A stretch of 64,000 nt of DNA from Acidimicrobiia bacterium. GTDB taxonomy: Bacteria; Actinomycetota; Acidimicrobiia; IMCC26256; PALSA-610. The stretch's first letter is position 1, and each line of letters begins with the position of its first letter. The notes beneath the pieces were generated by a model. The model worked only from the letters and a program-made list of their open reading frames with translations. It ran no database searches and was not told where the DNA came from. Of the stretch, positions 38,773 through 48,877 are shown piece after piece. A program made the translations under genes and the position numbers. The stretch is from assembly GCA_038320885.1 (NCBI GenBank), contig JBBQER010000004.1, forward strand, positions 177 through 64,176, read 5' to 3'.

Positions 38773-39539
38773 ACACCGCGGACGCACTGCTGCTCGACGC
38801 ACGTGATGTCGTCGCCGGCTACCTACCCGGCGTCGACATCTTGAACGGTTGCAGCCTCGAGGTGCACGACCGCGAGATCGTCGGGATCATCGGGCCCAAC
38901 GGTGCGGGGAAGTCGACGCTGTTGAAGGCTGTGTTCGGGCTCTTGCCGCTCCGGGGGGGCTCGGTGCACCTGCGGGGCGAGGACATCACCGTTCGCCCGC
39001 CGCACGAGCTGGTACAGCGGGGCGTCGGCTACGTGCCGCAGCTGCACAACGTGTTCCCGGCGCTGACCGTCGAAGACAACCTGCGCATGGGTTGCTACCT
39101 CCGCCCCCGCGATTTCCCCGAACGTCGCGACGAGATCGTAGGGCTGTTACCCAGCATCGGCGACCGCTTGCAGCAGCGCGCCGGTTCGTTGTCGGGCGGT
39201 CAACGCCAACTGCTGGCGATGGCCCGCGCGCTCATGATGCAACCGTCGGTCCTGCTGCTCGACGAGCCCTCGGCGGGCCTCTCGCCGGTGATGCAGGACG
39301 ACGTCTTCGACCGCATCGTCGGCGTGAACCAGACGGGCGTATCGGTGTTGATCGTCGAGCAGAACGCGCGCCGGTGCCTCGAAGTCGCGCACCGCGGCTA
39401 CGTGCTCGATCAGGGCCGCAACGCCTACACCGGAACCGGCGCCGAGCTGCTCGACGACGAGAAGGTCGTGCAGCTCTATCTCGGCACGCTCGCACGCGCC
39501 GGGGCCCGAGGTGATCCCCCGGGCCCCGCGGACATGTGA
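38769..39539 (+). CDS. livF: ABC ATP-binding protein (LivF-like)
   Basis: GPNGAGKS, YVPQ, LSGGQRQ, LDEPSAGL and VEQNA. Confidence 0.9.
   Translation: MNTADALLLDARDVVAGYLPGVDILNGCSLEVHDREIVGIIGPNGAGKSTLLKAVFGLLPLRGGSVHLRGEDITVRPPHELVQRGVGYVPQLHNVFPALTVEDNLRMGCYLRPRDFPERRDEIVGLLPSIGDRLQQRAGSLSGGQRQLLAMARALMMQPSVLLLDEPSAGLSPVMQDDVFDRIVGVNQTGVSVLIVEQNARRCLEVAHRGYVLDQGRNAYTGTGAELLDDEKVVQLYLGTLARAGARGDPPGPADM
39500..39528. terminator. Probable hairpin terminator at a convergent junction (inside the livF tail)
   Basis: Perfect 9-bp inverted repeat CGGGGCCCG/CGGGCCCCG just before the convergent stop codons. Confidence 0.4.
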
Positions 39540-39546
39540 ACTTCGG

Positions 39547-40851
39547 TCAGCCGTTGATCTTGATCTGCGCAGCACCCGGAACGTTGGCGTAGCCACCCTT
39601 CGCGTCGTACTGCCAGATGTCGTACACGCCATTGCCGGGCTCGTGCTGGTCGGTGAGGTCCACGGGACCGGATGCACCGTCGTAGTCGATGTCCGTTCCG
39701 GCCTTCAGGAGGGTGGAACACTCCTTGAAGTTCTGGCACTTGGTGCCGCCGGAGCTCACCTCGATCATCTTGTCCTTGATCAGGGCGGGATCATCGGACC
39801 CGGCCGCCTGCGCGGCCAACGCGATGAGGTTGGTGCAGTCGTAGTAGTACGACGAGAAGATCGTGTCGATCTTCGTTGCCGCGAACTTGGCGATGAACGG
39901 ATTGGTCACGCCCGAGGGCGCCGCGGCCGGTGCCGTGCCCTTGATCCCCTGGATGGCTGCCGGGTTGCTCGGGTCGACCGCCTTGAAGAACTTGGAGCTC
40001 TGCATGCCATCGGCCGTGTACACCTGCTCGTTCTTCGGCCCGACGTTCTGGGCGATCATCTCCTTGAGCACCTTGCCGCCGTCGTCGTTGAAGCCGATGA
40101 GGACGATGGCGTCGGCACCCTTGCCGGCCACCTTGGCAACGTCGGCCCGGTAGTCGGACGACTTCGGGTCGTAGGGGACGTTGGCCACCACGTCGGCGCC
40201 GCCGTCGGTGAGCGCCTTCGACAGGGAAGAACCGAAGCCCGTGCCGTAGGAATCATTGCGGGTGAGGATCGCAATCTTGTGCTTGTTGTCGCTCAGCACG
40301 AGCTGCGCGAGGGCAGGCCCCTGCAGGCTGTCGGGCGGCGCGGTGCGGAAATAGAACCCGCCGGCGGCGCCACCGGCGACCGAGAGCGCGGCCGTCGTGT
40401 TCGAACCCGAGCACTCGAGGACACCATTCGTCTTGATCTTGTCGATGATGCCGAGCGCAGTTGTCGACGAGGCCGGGCCGACGATGGCGTCGACCTTGGC
40501 GGATGTGAGCAACGTGTCGAGCGCGCTCGATGCGACGTCCGCACTCGTGCCGTCGTCGGCGTTCTTGACGACGACCGGCTTGCCGTTGACACCGCCGGCG
40601 GCGTTGATCTCCGCCACCGCCATCGTCACCGGCGTGATGAGCGACTTGTAGATCGCAGAGAGATCGCCGGACTGCGGGAGTAGCGCGCCCAGCACCAGCT
40701 GGCCGTTGACGTTTCCACGCGCTCCCGGCGACGGAGCCGTCGAGCTCGTCGATCCCGCGCCTGTCGGCTTGCTGCTGCTGCCACATGCGGCTGCAGTGAG
40801 GGCGAGTATCACCAAGATCGTGATCGCACCCAACTTGTTGCGTCGAGCCAT
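39547..40851 (-). CDS. ABC transporter substrate-binding lipoprotein (LivK/Leu-binding family)
   Basis: Lipobox AAAC, LLPQSG, EINAAGGVNG, FFRTAPPDSLQG and DYDGASG; RBS GGAGG. Confidence 0.9.
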   Translation of the reverse strand: MARRNKLGAITILVILALTAAACGSSSKPTGAGSTSSTAPSPGARGNVNGQLVLGALLPQSGDLSAIYKSLITPVTMAVAEINAAGGVNGKPVVVKNADDGTSADVASSALDTLLTSAKVDAIVGPASSTTALGIIDKIKTNGVLECSGSNTTAALSVAGGAAGGFYFRTAPPDSLQGPALAQLVLSDNKHKIAILTRNDSYGTGFGSSLSKALTDGGADVVANVPYDPKSSDYRADVAKVAGKGADAIVLIGFNDDGGKVLKEMIAQNVGPKNEQVYTADGMQSSKFFKAVDPSNPAAIQGIKGTAPAAAPSGVTNPFIAKFAATKIDTIFSSYYYDCTNLIALAAQAAGSDDPALIKDKMIEVSSGGTKCQNFKECSTLLKAGTDIDYDGASGPVDLTDQHEPGNGVYDIWQYDAKGGYANVPGAAQIKING

Positions 40852-40917
40852 GTGACCTCCTCGGTCCGATCGGCGAGGCGAACCTAGCGCCGCGCGGGCA
40901 CCCGCACGTGCCAGCGT

Positions 40918-41841
40918 TCAATATGGCGCCTCCCCGAGGGCCGACGCTACGCCTTCGACGTTGGCGACGAGCAGGGGACCTCGAGCGCGAGTCGCGAGCC
41001 AGCAGCCGGAGATCACGAGCACGAAGCCGCCGATCGTTGCGAACGTGATGCTCTCGTCGAGCAGGAGCGCTCCCAGAACAACGGCTATCGCGGGATTCGC
41101 GAACGTGATCAGGGTCGCGCGGGCCGGTCCGATCTCGGCGATCAGCGCGAAGAAGATGACGAACGCCAACCCAGTACACACCGCAGCCAGTCCGAGAACT
41201 GCGAACAACGCGGATGAGGGAGGCGCCTGCGCCGGGCGTCCCATCCACGCCAGCGGCGCGACCGCGATCGCAACCACCGCGAGTGAGAGGGAGAGGACAC
41301 CGATGCTCGGCACGTCGCCAAGGCGGCGGGACACGATGAAGGGCCCGACGGAGTAGCCCACGCAGACCAGCATCACCTCTCCCACGCTCAGCCATGGAAT
41401 TCCGTGCCCGCCGCTTCTCAGATCGCCGCCGACGAGGAGCGCAACCCCGCCGAGTCCGATCGCGATCCCGAGCAGGCGCACCGGGCGCAACGCCGCATGA
41501 TCGCCGAGCGTGTATGCCGTCAGCGCGCCGAAGAGCGGGACGCATGCGACGAGAAGGCCGGTGAGGCCTGAGGGCAATCGCTTCTCGGCGTTGGTCAACA
41601 AGAGCCAGGGCGCGCCCATCTCGATCGCGGCGAAGAGGAGTACGGGGCGCCAATGACGCAGCGCGGCGCGCAAGGCGTCCGAGCGCGCGGCAACAAGTAA
41701 TAGGACCGCGCTTGCGATGGACGTACGCCCGAACACGATGACCGACGGCTCGAGGTGCTTCACCGCGACTTTGATGAGCAGGTACGGAATACCCCAGATC
41801 ACGCTCATAAGCGCGAAGAGCAACCACCCCCGGCGCGTCAT
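40918..41841 (-). CDS. DMT/EamA family transporter
   Basis: IWGIPYLLIK and GPARATLITFANP; about 10 TMs in two repeats. Confidence 0.9.
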   Translation of the reverse strand: MTRRGWLLFALMSVIWGIPYLLIKVAVKHLEPSVIVFGRTSIASAVLLLVAARSDALRAALRHWRPVLLFAAIEMGAPWLLLTNAEKRLPSGLTGLLVACVPLFGALTAYTLGDHAALRPVRLLGIAIGLGGVALLVGGDLRSGGHGIPWLSVGEVMLVCVGYSVGPFIVSRRLGDVPSIGVLSLSLAVVAIAVAPLAWMGRPAQAPPSSALFAVLGLAAVCTGLAFVIFFALIAEIGPARATLITFANPAIAVVLGALLLDESITFATIGGFVLVISGCWLATRARGPLLVANVEGVASALGEAPY

Positions 41842-41949
41842 CGGTTCGTGCACACGAGTCAACGTAGCGGCGACCAAACGCCGTCCGGCCGGACGTCGCG
41901 AGTCCGTCCGAATACGTCTCGTGCCTCGAGCGGTAGGACTGTGCGCTCG

Positions 41950-42444
41950 TCAGCAGCGACCGCGCAATTCGGTGGTCAGCCGAGCGGTCAAGGTGTCAAG
42001 GGCGCGGTGGCCGCCAATGAAGTAGCGACGCCCGATGCGCACGTGTCGTTGCGGCTCGAGGGTGACCTTGGTCCACGCGCCGAGACAGGGCCAGAGCTGC
42101 AAGTCGACAGGAATCCATCGCCGGAGCCACGGGCTGCGCAGGGACCCGCGCAGCTGCCACGCGCCACCCGATGCGAAGCTGGGTGCCTCGAGTACGAGCC
42201 GGCGACCCACGCGCACGCGCGCGTCGTCGGCTCGTCGCCACCACCAGTTCGGAAGATCCTCGAGGAGATCCGGATCCAGGTCGGTCATGCGGGTGAACGT
42301 CGCCGAGAACCGCCGAATACGGACCGCGCTGCGAGTGGGGGAAACGCCTCCGAAGCGGCGATCTTCGTCCCCGTGTCTTGATGGAACCGGGGTGGTGTGC
42401 TCGTAGACCGGGAGCGGTTCGAGGTCGTCGTCCGACTCGTTCAC
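41950..42444 (-). CDS. Hypothetical protein
   Basis: 164-aa ORF filling the gap between genes; no motif recognised. Confidence 0.45.
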   Translation of the reverse strand: MNESDDDLEPLPVYEHTTPVPSRHGDEDRRFGGVSPTRSAVRIRRFSATFTRMTDLDPDLLEDLPNWWWRRADDARVRVGRRLVLEAPSFASGGAWQLRGSLRSPWLRRWIPVDLQLWPCLGAWTKVTLEPQRHVRIGRRYFIGGHRALDTLTARLTTELRGRC

Positions 42445-42553
42445 GCGCGCTTTACGCTAGCTGTCGAGGGGAGGGTCGCCGACCGTGGGTAGTGGCTCAG
42501 TTTGCCGATCCGGGGAGGTTCCTGTGCAGGCGATCGTGGATACTCGTAACGGA

Positions 42554-43198
42554 ATGAGGGCTGCACGCGAGAGATTCGCAAGCCGGGCCGAGGCGGGCCG
42601 CCGCTTGGCGGAACGACTCGCGCAGTCATTGCCGCCCGAGCCGGTCGTCATCCTCGGCCTCCCCCGTGGCGGCATCCCGGTCGCGTACGAGGTTGCGACA
42701 GCACTCGGAGCACCACTCGATGTCATCGTCGTCCGCAAGCTCGGCGTGCCGTTTCAACCGGAGCTCGCGATGGGCGCGGTCGGCGAAGGCGGCATCCGCG
42801 TTGTCAACCAGGAGGTGATACGCGGGGCCGGCGTGAGCGCCTCGCAGCTCGCCGCCGTCGAGGCGCGTGAGCGAGATGAGGTGGTCCGACGGGCGACCCG
42901 TTTTCGCGGGGACCGTGAGCGCGCGCCGCTGACCGGGCGTACCGCGGTGATCGTCGACGACGGCATCGCGACGGGCTCGACCGTGCGCGCCGCGTGCCAG
43001 GTGGCAAGGGCGCAGGGTGCGGCGCGCGTGATCGTGGCCGCCCCGATCGCGCCGCCGAGCGCGACCGACCGCCTCCGCGATGTCGCCGACGAGGTGATCG
43101 TGCTGCGGACGCCCGAGTACTTCTCCGCAATCGGCCAGTTCTACGACGACTTCACGCAGACCTCGGACGCAGAGGTGCTCCGGCTGCTCGAGCGCTGA
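42554..43198 (+). CDS. Type I phosphoribosyltransferase family protein
   Basis: F..R.EAGR.LA, GLPRGG, VRKLG.P.QPELAMGA and PRPP loop VIVDDGIATGST. Confidence 0.9.
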   Translation: MRAARERFASRAEAGRRLAERLAQSLPPEPVVILGLPRGGIPVAYEVATALGAPLDVIVVRKLGVPFQPELAMGAVGEGGIRVVNQEVIRGAGVSASQLAAVEARERDEVVRRATRFRGDRERAPLTGRTAVIVDDGIATGSTVRAACQVARAQGAARVIVAAPIAPPSATDRLRDVADEVIVLRTPEYFSAIGQFYDDFTQTSDAEVLRLLER

Positions 43199-43274
43199 TG
43201 ACAGGCCCGGGCCCACGCCCGCGGGAAAGCCACATAGGCTGCCTGGACTCGGCTGACGAACGGAAGCGGTAGCT

Positions 43275-44057
43275 ATGCGCGCATCGGTAACCAGCGGAAC
43301 ACCTCGAAGCAAGGTCCGCATCGTGCGGCGTTCGCTCGCGGCCGTCGCATTCATGCTCGTCGTCGGGGCCTGCGCGAGCTCCTCGCCGAAGGCGACTCCG
43401 AAGGCGACCTCGAAGGCGCCGGCTCCCACGACGATCGCGACGACCACCACGACCGTTCCCACGGTGCCCGGCGTCGGCCCGATCAAACTCGTGAGTGAGA
43501 CCGGTGTCACATCTACACAGCTCCACCGGGCCGAAGCGCTCATCGCCTCGACCTTCGCCGGCCTCAAGCGCTTCAAAACGCCGCAGGACGCCTACGCGTT
43601 GGGGTACCGATCGATCGGTGACGCCGTCACCGGCGACGAGCACTACGTCAATTGGTCCTACGCGAACGACGGTCACATTCTCGACCCGAACCGACCCGAG
43701 TCGGTCGTGTACGAAGTCAAGAATGGTCAGCAGACCGCGGTCGCCGCGATGTACGCGCTGCCGCTCGGGAGCTCCTTCGCCGACGTGCCCGACGTCGGTG
43801 GCGCGCTCACGCAATGGCACGTGCACCGGGACCTCTGCCTCACCGACGATCCGCAGCAGCGACTCGTCGTGGGCGTCACCTCCGAGGGCGGCGCGTGTCG
43901 CCCGGGCACCACGAAGGCGGGCGACACTCCGATGCTGCACGTGTGGACGTTCCCGAATCCGTGCGGACCGTTCGCCGCGCTCGAGGGCATCGGCGCCGGC
44001 CAGGTTCCCCAGGGTCAGACCCGGAACTGCGACACGACCAACGCGTCGGTTCCGTAG
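43275..44057 (+). CDS. Uncharacterised lipoprotein with His/Cys motifs
   Basis: Lipobox VGAC, Thr/Pro linker, EHYVN, DPNRPESVVY, WHVHRDLC and MLHVW..NPCGPF. Confidence 0.75.
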   Translation: MRASVTSGTPRSKVRIVRRSLAAVAFMLVVGACASSSPKATPKATSKAPAPTTIATTTTTVPTVPGVGPIKLVSETGVTSTQLHRAEALIASTFAGLKRFKTPQDAYALGYRSIGDAVTGDEHYVNWSYANDGHILDPNRPESVVYEVKNGQQTAVAAMYALPLGSSFADVPDVGGALTQWHVHRDLCLTDDPQQRLVVGVTSEGGACRPGTTKAGDTPMLHVWTFPNPCGPFAALEGIGAGQVPQGQTRNCDTTNASVP

Positions 44058-44175
44058 CCGGGCGGGGCGCTACGCGGGTCGCGGCCTGCGAATGCCCGCA
44101 GGGTGCAGATCAGTCGATCCGAGCCGATGGATAACGGTGACAGACGACGCCGGAAGCCAACGTCGGGAGGCCGAA

Positions 44176-44934
44176 ATGCATAGGGCGCGCGTTGCCGTGA
44201 TCGTCGGGCTCGCGCTTTCCGTTGCCGGGTGCAGCGGCGGGAGCGACAAGAGCAGCCACCCCTCGTCGCAGACCTCCCGGACGTCGACGACGCCTTCGGC
44301 TCCGACGTCGACGACGGTCGGCGATCTCAGCAACCCGGCGGTGCTGCGCCGAGTCTCCTGGCAGAACGGCGACCTGCGCGCGCCGTATCACCCCGTGCTC
44401 TTCCTCGGCGGCGATCAAGTCGGCGAGCAGGTGACCTTGGACATGTGCGGAGCGACCTTTCCGAGCGAGGTGCGTCGACGCGCTCGCCATCAGGTCGGTG
44501 TCGAACGGGCGCAGAAACGCTTGAGCGACATCTCCATCGAGGCCGTGCTGTACGACTTTCCCGCCGGCGCCGGTCAGGCAATGCGTGAGATCCGTGCCGC
44601 GAAGGCAAGCTGTCCGAGCGACTACGTGAATTCGCGCGTCGCCGGTGTTCCCGCGCTGCGATTCCGGTTCGCGCCCGCGCCCGACTCATCCTGGCCCAAG
44701 GTCGACGGTGTGGACCGGTTCGCAATAGACGCCACGGTCAACGACCAGGCGGGTACCACCAAGCACATCGACCTCGTGTACCTGCAGCGCGGCCGTTTGC
44801 TCGTCGCGTTCTACTCCGATCCGCAAGCCCGGGCCACCGCACTGACGCGCTCCCTCCGGGCCTTCACCAGGGTCCTCGCCCAGCGCATGGCCGCGCTCCC
44901 CGCGAAGGTCGTCAACAACACTGTCGAGGCGTAG
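44176..44934 (+). CDS. Hypothetical lipoprotein
   Basis: RBS GGAGG, lipobox VAGC, Ser/Thr linker and two further Cys. Confidence 0.7.
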   Translation: MHRARVAVIVGLALSVAGCSGGSDKSSHPSSQTSRTSTTPSAPTSTTVGDLSNPAVLRRVSWQNGDLRAPYHPVLFLGGDQVGEQVTLDMCGATFPSEVRRRARHQVGVERAQKRLSDISIEAVLYDFPAGAGQAMREIRAAKASCPSDYVNSRVAGVPALRFRFAPAPDSSWPKVDGVDRFAIDATVNDQAGTTKHIDLVYLQRGRLLVAFYSDPQARATALTRSLRAFTRVLAQRMAALPAKVVNNTVEA

Positions 44935-44964
44935 CCACGTCCATTCGCCTCATCAATTCCATCG

Positions 44965-47469
44965 TCAGTCGAGCGCGGTGCGCGCGACCGCTGACGGTTC
45001 CCGTCCGCTGACGACCCAACCGGCGGCCGCCGCGAGGAGCGGGAGGCCGATCAGCATCACCGTGAGGTGGCTGAGCGGCACGTGCTTCAGTGGGTCGAGA
45101 TCGCTGAGGTAGCCCGCGACGAGCGCGAGGTAGGCGGCCAGCGCGCCGAGCAGAACACCGAGCAGGGCGAGGGCGCCCGCCGTAACGGCCGTGATCATGC
45201 GGCGCGTGTTGCTGGTCGCGCCGGTTGCGGTCAGCGTGCGCAGGTCGCGCCCGGATTCGCTGCGGATCAGGCCGACCGTCATCGCGAGGATGGCGAGCGC
45301 GAGCAGCATCCCGGCCAGCGTGGCCACGGTGCGCGTCGTCCCCAGCCCGCGTTGGGTGTCTCGGGCTTCGATCGTGAGCCCGGCGTGCGCCGCGACGTCG
45401 CGCGCGGCCGCGAGCTGAGCGTTCGTGAGGGGCTTCGTCGTCTCGACGAGCCACCCCATGGTCACCTGCGTCAAGCCGAGGCGCCGCATCGCCTCCCGCG
45501 TGATGAACGACCGCGGAACCGAGCTGTAACCTGATGTCTCGATGTGCGCGACGCGGATGCTCGCCGTCACGCGCGGCGCGGGGCGCGCACTCTTGCCCGG
45601 GGCGGTGCCGGCGAAGACCTTGCCGGCGCCGACATAGAGCGTCCCGCGTTGCGCGGTGAGCACGTCGGCATTCGGCACGATTTCGGAAGACTTGACGCCG
45701 GCATACGCGAGCAGCTCCGGCGTCGCGACGTACAGCGGCCCCTGGCCGCGGACTGTGTGGGCGTCGATCGGACGGACCAGCTCCGCCGGCGGGCGAACGA
45801 CGGTGCCGTCGTCGAGTTGTTCCGTCGCAGACGAAGCCGCGACGTCGAGGCGCAGAACAGTCTTGGGGTCGAGCGCGCGCGTGATGCGGTCGACGTCATT
45901 GCGCCGGGCGGCAACGTCGGCGGCCGCCGGCGGCGTGGGCGCGAATCGGGCACCGGCCCTCACGACGAGCTGCCGGTTCGACAGATTGCCCTCCGCGGCG
46001 GCGTGCTCGGCCCCCGTCGCGATGACGATGATCGCAACGGCGATGCCAAGTCCGACGCCGATCGCGGCGAGTGCCGATGCCGACCGGGCCCGGTACCGGC
46101 TGAGATCGCGGAGCGCGAGCCGGGCCGCGATCGGCAACCGCGAACCCGCGGCGGCCAGCGTCCGGATCGCGAGTGGACCGATGAGCAGCACCGCCAGGAC
46201 GATCGCCACGACACCGGCGAGCAGCAGCGGCAGGTTCGCGTGATCCTGCTTGGTGTCGACTCCCGTGGCGAGACAGACGAAACCGACGAGGGCGAAGAGC
46301 GCGGCCACGGCCGCGGGCCGGCGCGTCGACTTCGCGATCGGAGGTCGCGCCGACAGCGCGTCGGTGATCGGCACGCGCGCGGTCGTACGGGCGGGCCACC
46401 ACGCCGCGGCCGTCGCGGTGGCGACCGCCAGCAGCATGCCGGCCGCGATGAGCCACCAGGGAACGTCGAACCGCTCTATCCGGTGGCCGGCCGGCGTCTC
46501 CAGCCACGCGGCGGACCCGAGCCACGCGACGAGCGCGACACCCGCACCGATCGCCGCGGAAACGACACCGACCACCGCGCCGTTGATCAACATCACCAGT
46601 CGGAGGTGACGCGCCGTCGCGCCGATCGCGGCGAGCATGCCGAGTTGACGGGTTCGGCGCTGCGCGACGGCGACGAACCCGGCCGTCGCGACGAGCCCGA
46701 CCAGGAGGAGCGCGACCGTCGACATCCCCAGCACCAGTGCGGCCCCGGCCGTGCGTTCGGTTGCGCCGCGATACTCGAAGCGACCGCCGCCGACGCTCCG
46801 GCAGATGTCGCACTGCCGGCCGGCGTCGCCATGACGTGTGCCGGCGCTGGTATGAGCCAGGACGGTCACGGTGGAGATGCGCGCGGGTGGAGTCGACACC
46901 AACGCGAACTCGTCGTTCAGATCGGCCGGGTTCTCCACGATGCCGACGACGGTTCGGCGCACGCCCCCGAGATCGACCGCGTGCCCGAGGCTCGCACGGA
47001 ACAGGTCGGCGACGTGATCGGTGACGGCAACTTCTCCGGAGCGGTCCGGATAGCGACCGGCGCGCAACGCGACCATCGCCGCGCCGTACCGCCCGTGCGG
47101 GTTTTGGTCGCGAACCTCGACCGTGTCGACCGAACCGGGAAGGGGAACGTTCGCGCGCTCGATGACGTCGACCGTGCCGAACATCTTGGTGAGCGTCGCG
47201 ATGTCGTGCCGCAACGTGGCCGGATCGGAAACCGTGAGTTGGACGCGAACATCGGCGGTTCCGAAGTCGGCGTTGTTCGACGGAATCATGTTGTAAGCAG
47301 CCGTGGCGCCGAAGATGACCGCGGCGATCGCGAAGGTCAGCAGCGCGAGCACGAGAACCTGTTGGCGCCATTCGCGCCGGAACAGCCGCCATGCCCATCG
47401 GGCAATCGCGCGCCGGGCCGGCACGCCCCCGTTCGCGGATCTTTCGCCCGGCGGTCTCTCACTCGCCAT
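44965..47469 (-). CDS. FtsX/MacB-like ABC permease (two permease domains)
   Basis: RREWRQQ.LV, QRRTRQLGMLAAIGAT and RDLRTLTATGAT repeats. Confidence 0.88.
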   Translation of the reverse strand: MASERPPGERSANGGVPARRAIARWAWRLFRREWRQQVLVLALLTFAIAAVIFGATAAYNMIPSNNADFGTADVRVQLTVSDPATLRHDIATLTKMFGTVDVIERANVPLPGSVDTVEVRDQNPHGRYGAAMVALRAGRYPDRSGEVAVTDHVADLFRASLGHAVDLGGVRRTVVGIVENPADLNDEFALVSTPPARISTVTVLAHTSAGTRHGDAGRQCDICRSVGGGRFEYRGATERTAGAALVLGMSTVALLLVGLVATAGFVAVAQRRTRQLGMLAAIGATARHLRLVMLINGAVVGVVSAAIGAGVALVAWLGSAAWLETPAGHRIERFDVPWWLIAAGMLLAVATATAAAWWPARTTARVPITDALSARPPIAKSTRRPAAVAALFALVGFVCLATGVDTKQDHANLPLLLAGVVAIVLAVLLIGPLAIRTLAAAGSRLPIAARLALRDLSRYRARSASALAAIGVGLGIAVAIIVIATGAEHAAAEGNLSNRQLVVRAGARFAPTPPAAADVAARRNDVDRITRALDPKTVLRLDVAASSATEQLDDGTVVRPPAELVRPIDAHTVRGQGPLYVATPELLAYAGVKSSEIVPNADVLTAQRGTLYVGAGKVFAGTAPGKSARPAPRVTASIRVAHIETSGYSSVPRSFITREAMRRLGLTQVTMGWLVETTKPLTNAQLAAARDVAAHAGLTIEARDTQRGLGTTRTVATLAGMLLALAILAMTVGLIRSESGRDLRTLTATGATSNTRRMITAVTAGALALLGVLLGALAAYLALVAGYLSDLDPLKHVPLSHLTVMLIGLPLLAAAAGWVVSGREPSAVARTALD

Positions 47470-48200
47470 CAGGGGCGGGGACTCCGGCTCGGCTCGAGGA
47501 GCGACTCCGGGCCCGGCGGCGGCGCCGTCTGGTCGACGACGTGGCCGTCGCGCAGGAACACGACGCGATCGGCCCACGACGCGAGTTGCGCGTCATGCGT
47601 CACGACGACGCCCGCCACCCCGTTCTTGCAGGCCGCGCGCAACAGACGCATCACCGCCTCGCCGTTGATCGAATCGAGCGCGCCCGTGGGCTCGTCGGCC
47701 AGCAACAAGCGGCGATCGCCGACGATCGCCCGCGCGATCGCGACGCGTTGCCGCTCGCCACCCGAGAGCTCGTCGGGAAACCGATCGGCGAGCTCGGCGG
47801 CGTCGAGCTTCCCCAGTGCCTCGAGACCGGCCGCGTGCGCAGATTTGATGCCGACACCGTCGAGCTCCAATGGCAGCGCGACGTTCTCGACGGCATTGAG
47901 CCCGGCGAGGAGGTTGAAGTCCTGGAAGACGTATCCGATGGTGCGGCGCCGCATCCGCGCCCGATCGTTGCGCGACATCGACGAGAACACGGAGCCGTCC
48001 ACCACCACCTCGCCCGAGCTCGACTCCTCGAGACTCCCGGCGATCGTCAGCAGCGTGCTCTGTCCCGAGCCGCTCGGGCCCATGATCGCCACGAGCTCGC
48101 CGGCGCGGACCGAAAGATCGACGGCTCGAAGTGCATGCACCTCGAACGGCTCCTCTCCGTAGACCTTCGACACCTGTCGCATCTCGAGGAGACTGCTCAT
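47469..48200 (-). CDS. LolD/MacB-type ABC ATP-binding protein (Walker A Lys to Gln)
   Basis: GPSGSGQST, GYVFQ.FNL, LSGGERQR, LADEPTGALD and VTHD. Confidence 0.9.
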   Translation of the reverse strand: MSSLLEMRQVSKVYGEEPFEVHALRAVDLSVRAGELVAIMGPSGSGQSTLLTIAGSLEESSSGEVVVDGSVFSSMSRNDRARMRRRTIGYVFQDFNLLAGLNAVENVALPLELDGVGIKSAHAAGLEALGKLDAAELADRFPDELSGGERQRVAIARAIVGDRRLLLADEPTGALDSINGEAVMRLLRAACKNGVAGVVVTHDAQLASWADRVVFLRDGHVVDQTAPPPGPESLLEPSRSPRP

Positions 48201-48805
48201 CGCCGCGCTCGCGTGGACTGCGGTTGCGTGGGCTCCCGTTGCGCGGGCTCGGCGATCGGAGCCGGTTCGAGCCTTCGAGCCCTGGCGCCGGGAGCGGGCT
48301 CGCGCTGCAGACGGGCGTCGGCCGAGTCGAGCCAACGGATGACGCTGTCGAGCCGGTAGATCTCGGCGTCGGCCACGAGCGTCAGCGCGAGATCGTCGTC
48401 GGCCGCGTCTTCCTTCAAGCGCGTGTAGCGCTGCATGAGCTCGATCAGATGCCGGCGGTGAGCCTGGACGAGCTCGGAGACGTTCACTCCCGGAACGCGC
48501 AACGCCACGAGCACTTTGATCACCAGCTCGTCGCGCGGCGGCGCCGTGTCGCTGGGGGTGCGGAGCCAGGTCGAAAGCTCCGAGCTCCCCGCGGCCGTGA
48601 TCCGGAAGTGCTTCTGCGGCCCGGGCTCGTCACCGCCGTCGGACTCGACGAAGGTGTCGCGTTCGAGACGTTGGAGCGTCGTGTACACCTGGCCCACGTT
48701 GAGGGGCCACACGTCGCCGGTTCGAGCCTCGAACTCGTCGCGCAGCTGGAGCCCGTACTTGGGCCCCTCGCTCAACAGCGCGAGCAGGGCATGACGCACG
48801 CTCAC
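48197..48805 (-). CDS. PadR family transcriptional regulator
   Basis: VRHALLALL...PKYG.QLR..FE...WPLNVGQVYTTLQRLE, plus C-terminal RDEL..K domain. Confidence 0.92.
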   Translation of the reverse strand: MSVRHALLALLSEGPKYGLQLRDEFEARTGDVWPLNVGQVYTTLQRLERDTFVESDGGDEPGPQKHFRITAAGSSELSTWLRTPSDTAPPRDELVIKVLVALRVPGVNVSELVQAHRRHLIELMQRYTRLKEDAADDDLALTLVADAEIYRLDSVIRWLDSADARLQREPAPGARARRLEPAPIAEPAQREPTQPQSTRARR

Positions 48806-48877
48806 CGGGAGGATCCTGAGAACATACGCAGTATGCTACTCGGTATACCGCGTCTCGTAAACCCCCGGCTCGGGCGG

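Noticed and set aside
43383-43421. Tandem 12-bp repeat (CGAAGGCG core, three copies)
   Set aside because: It encodes a low-complexity lipoprotein linker (SPKATPKATSKAP) and is not a CRISPR or mobile repeat.
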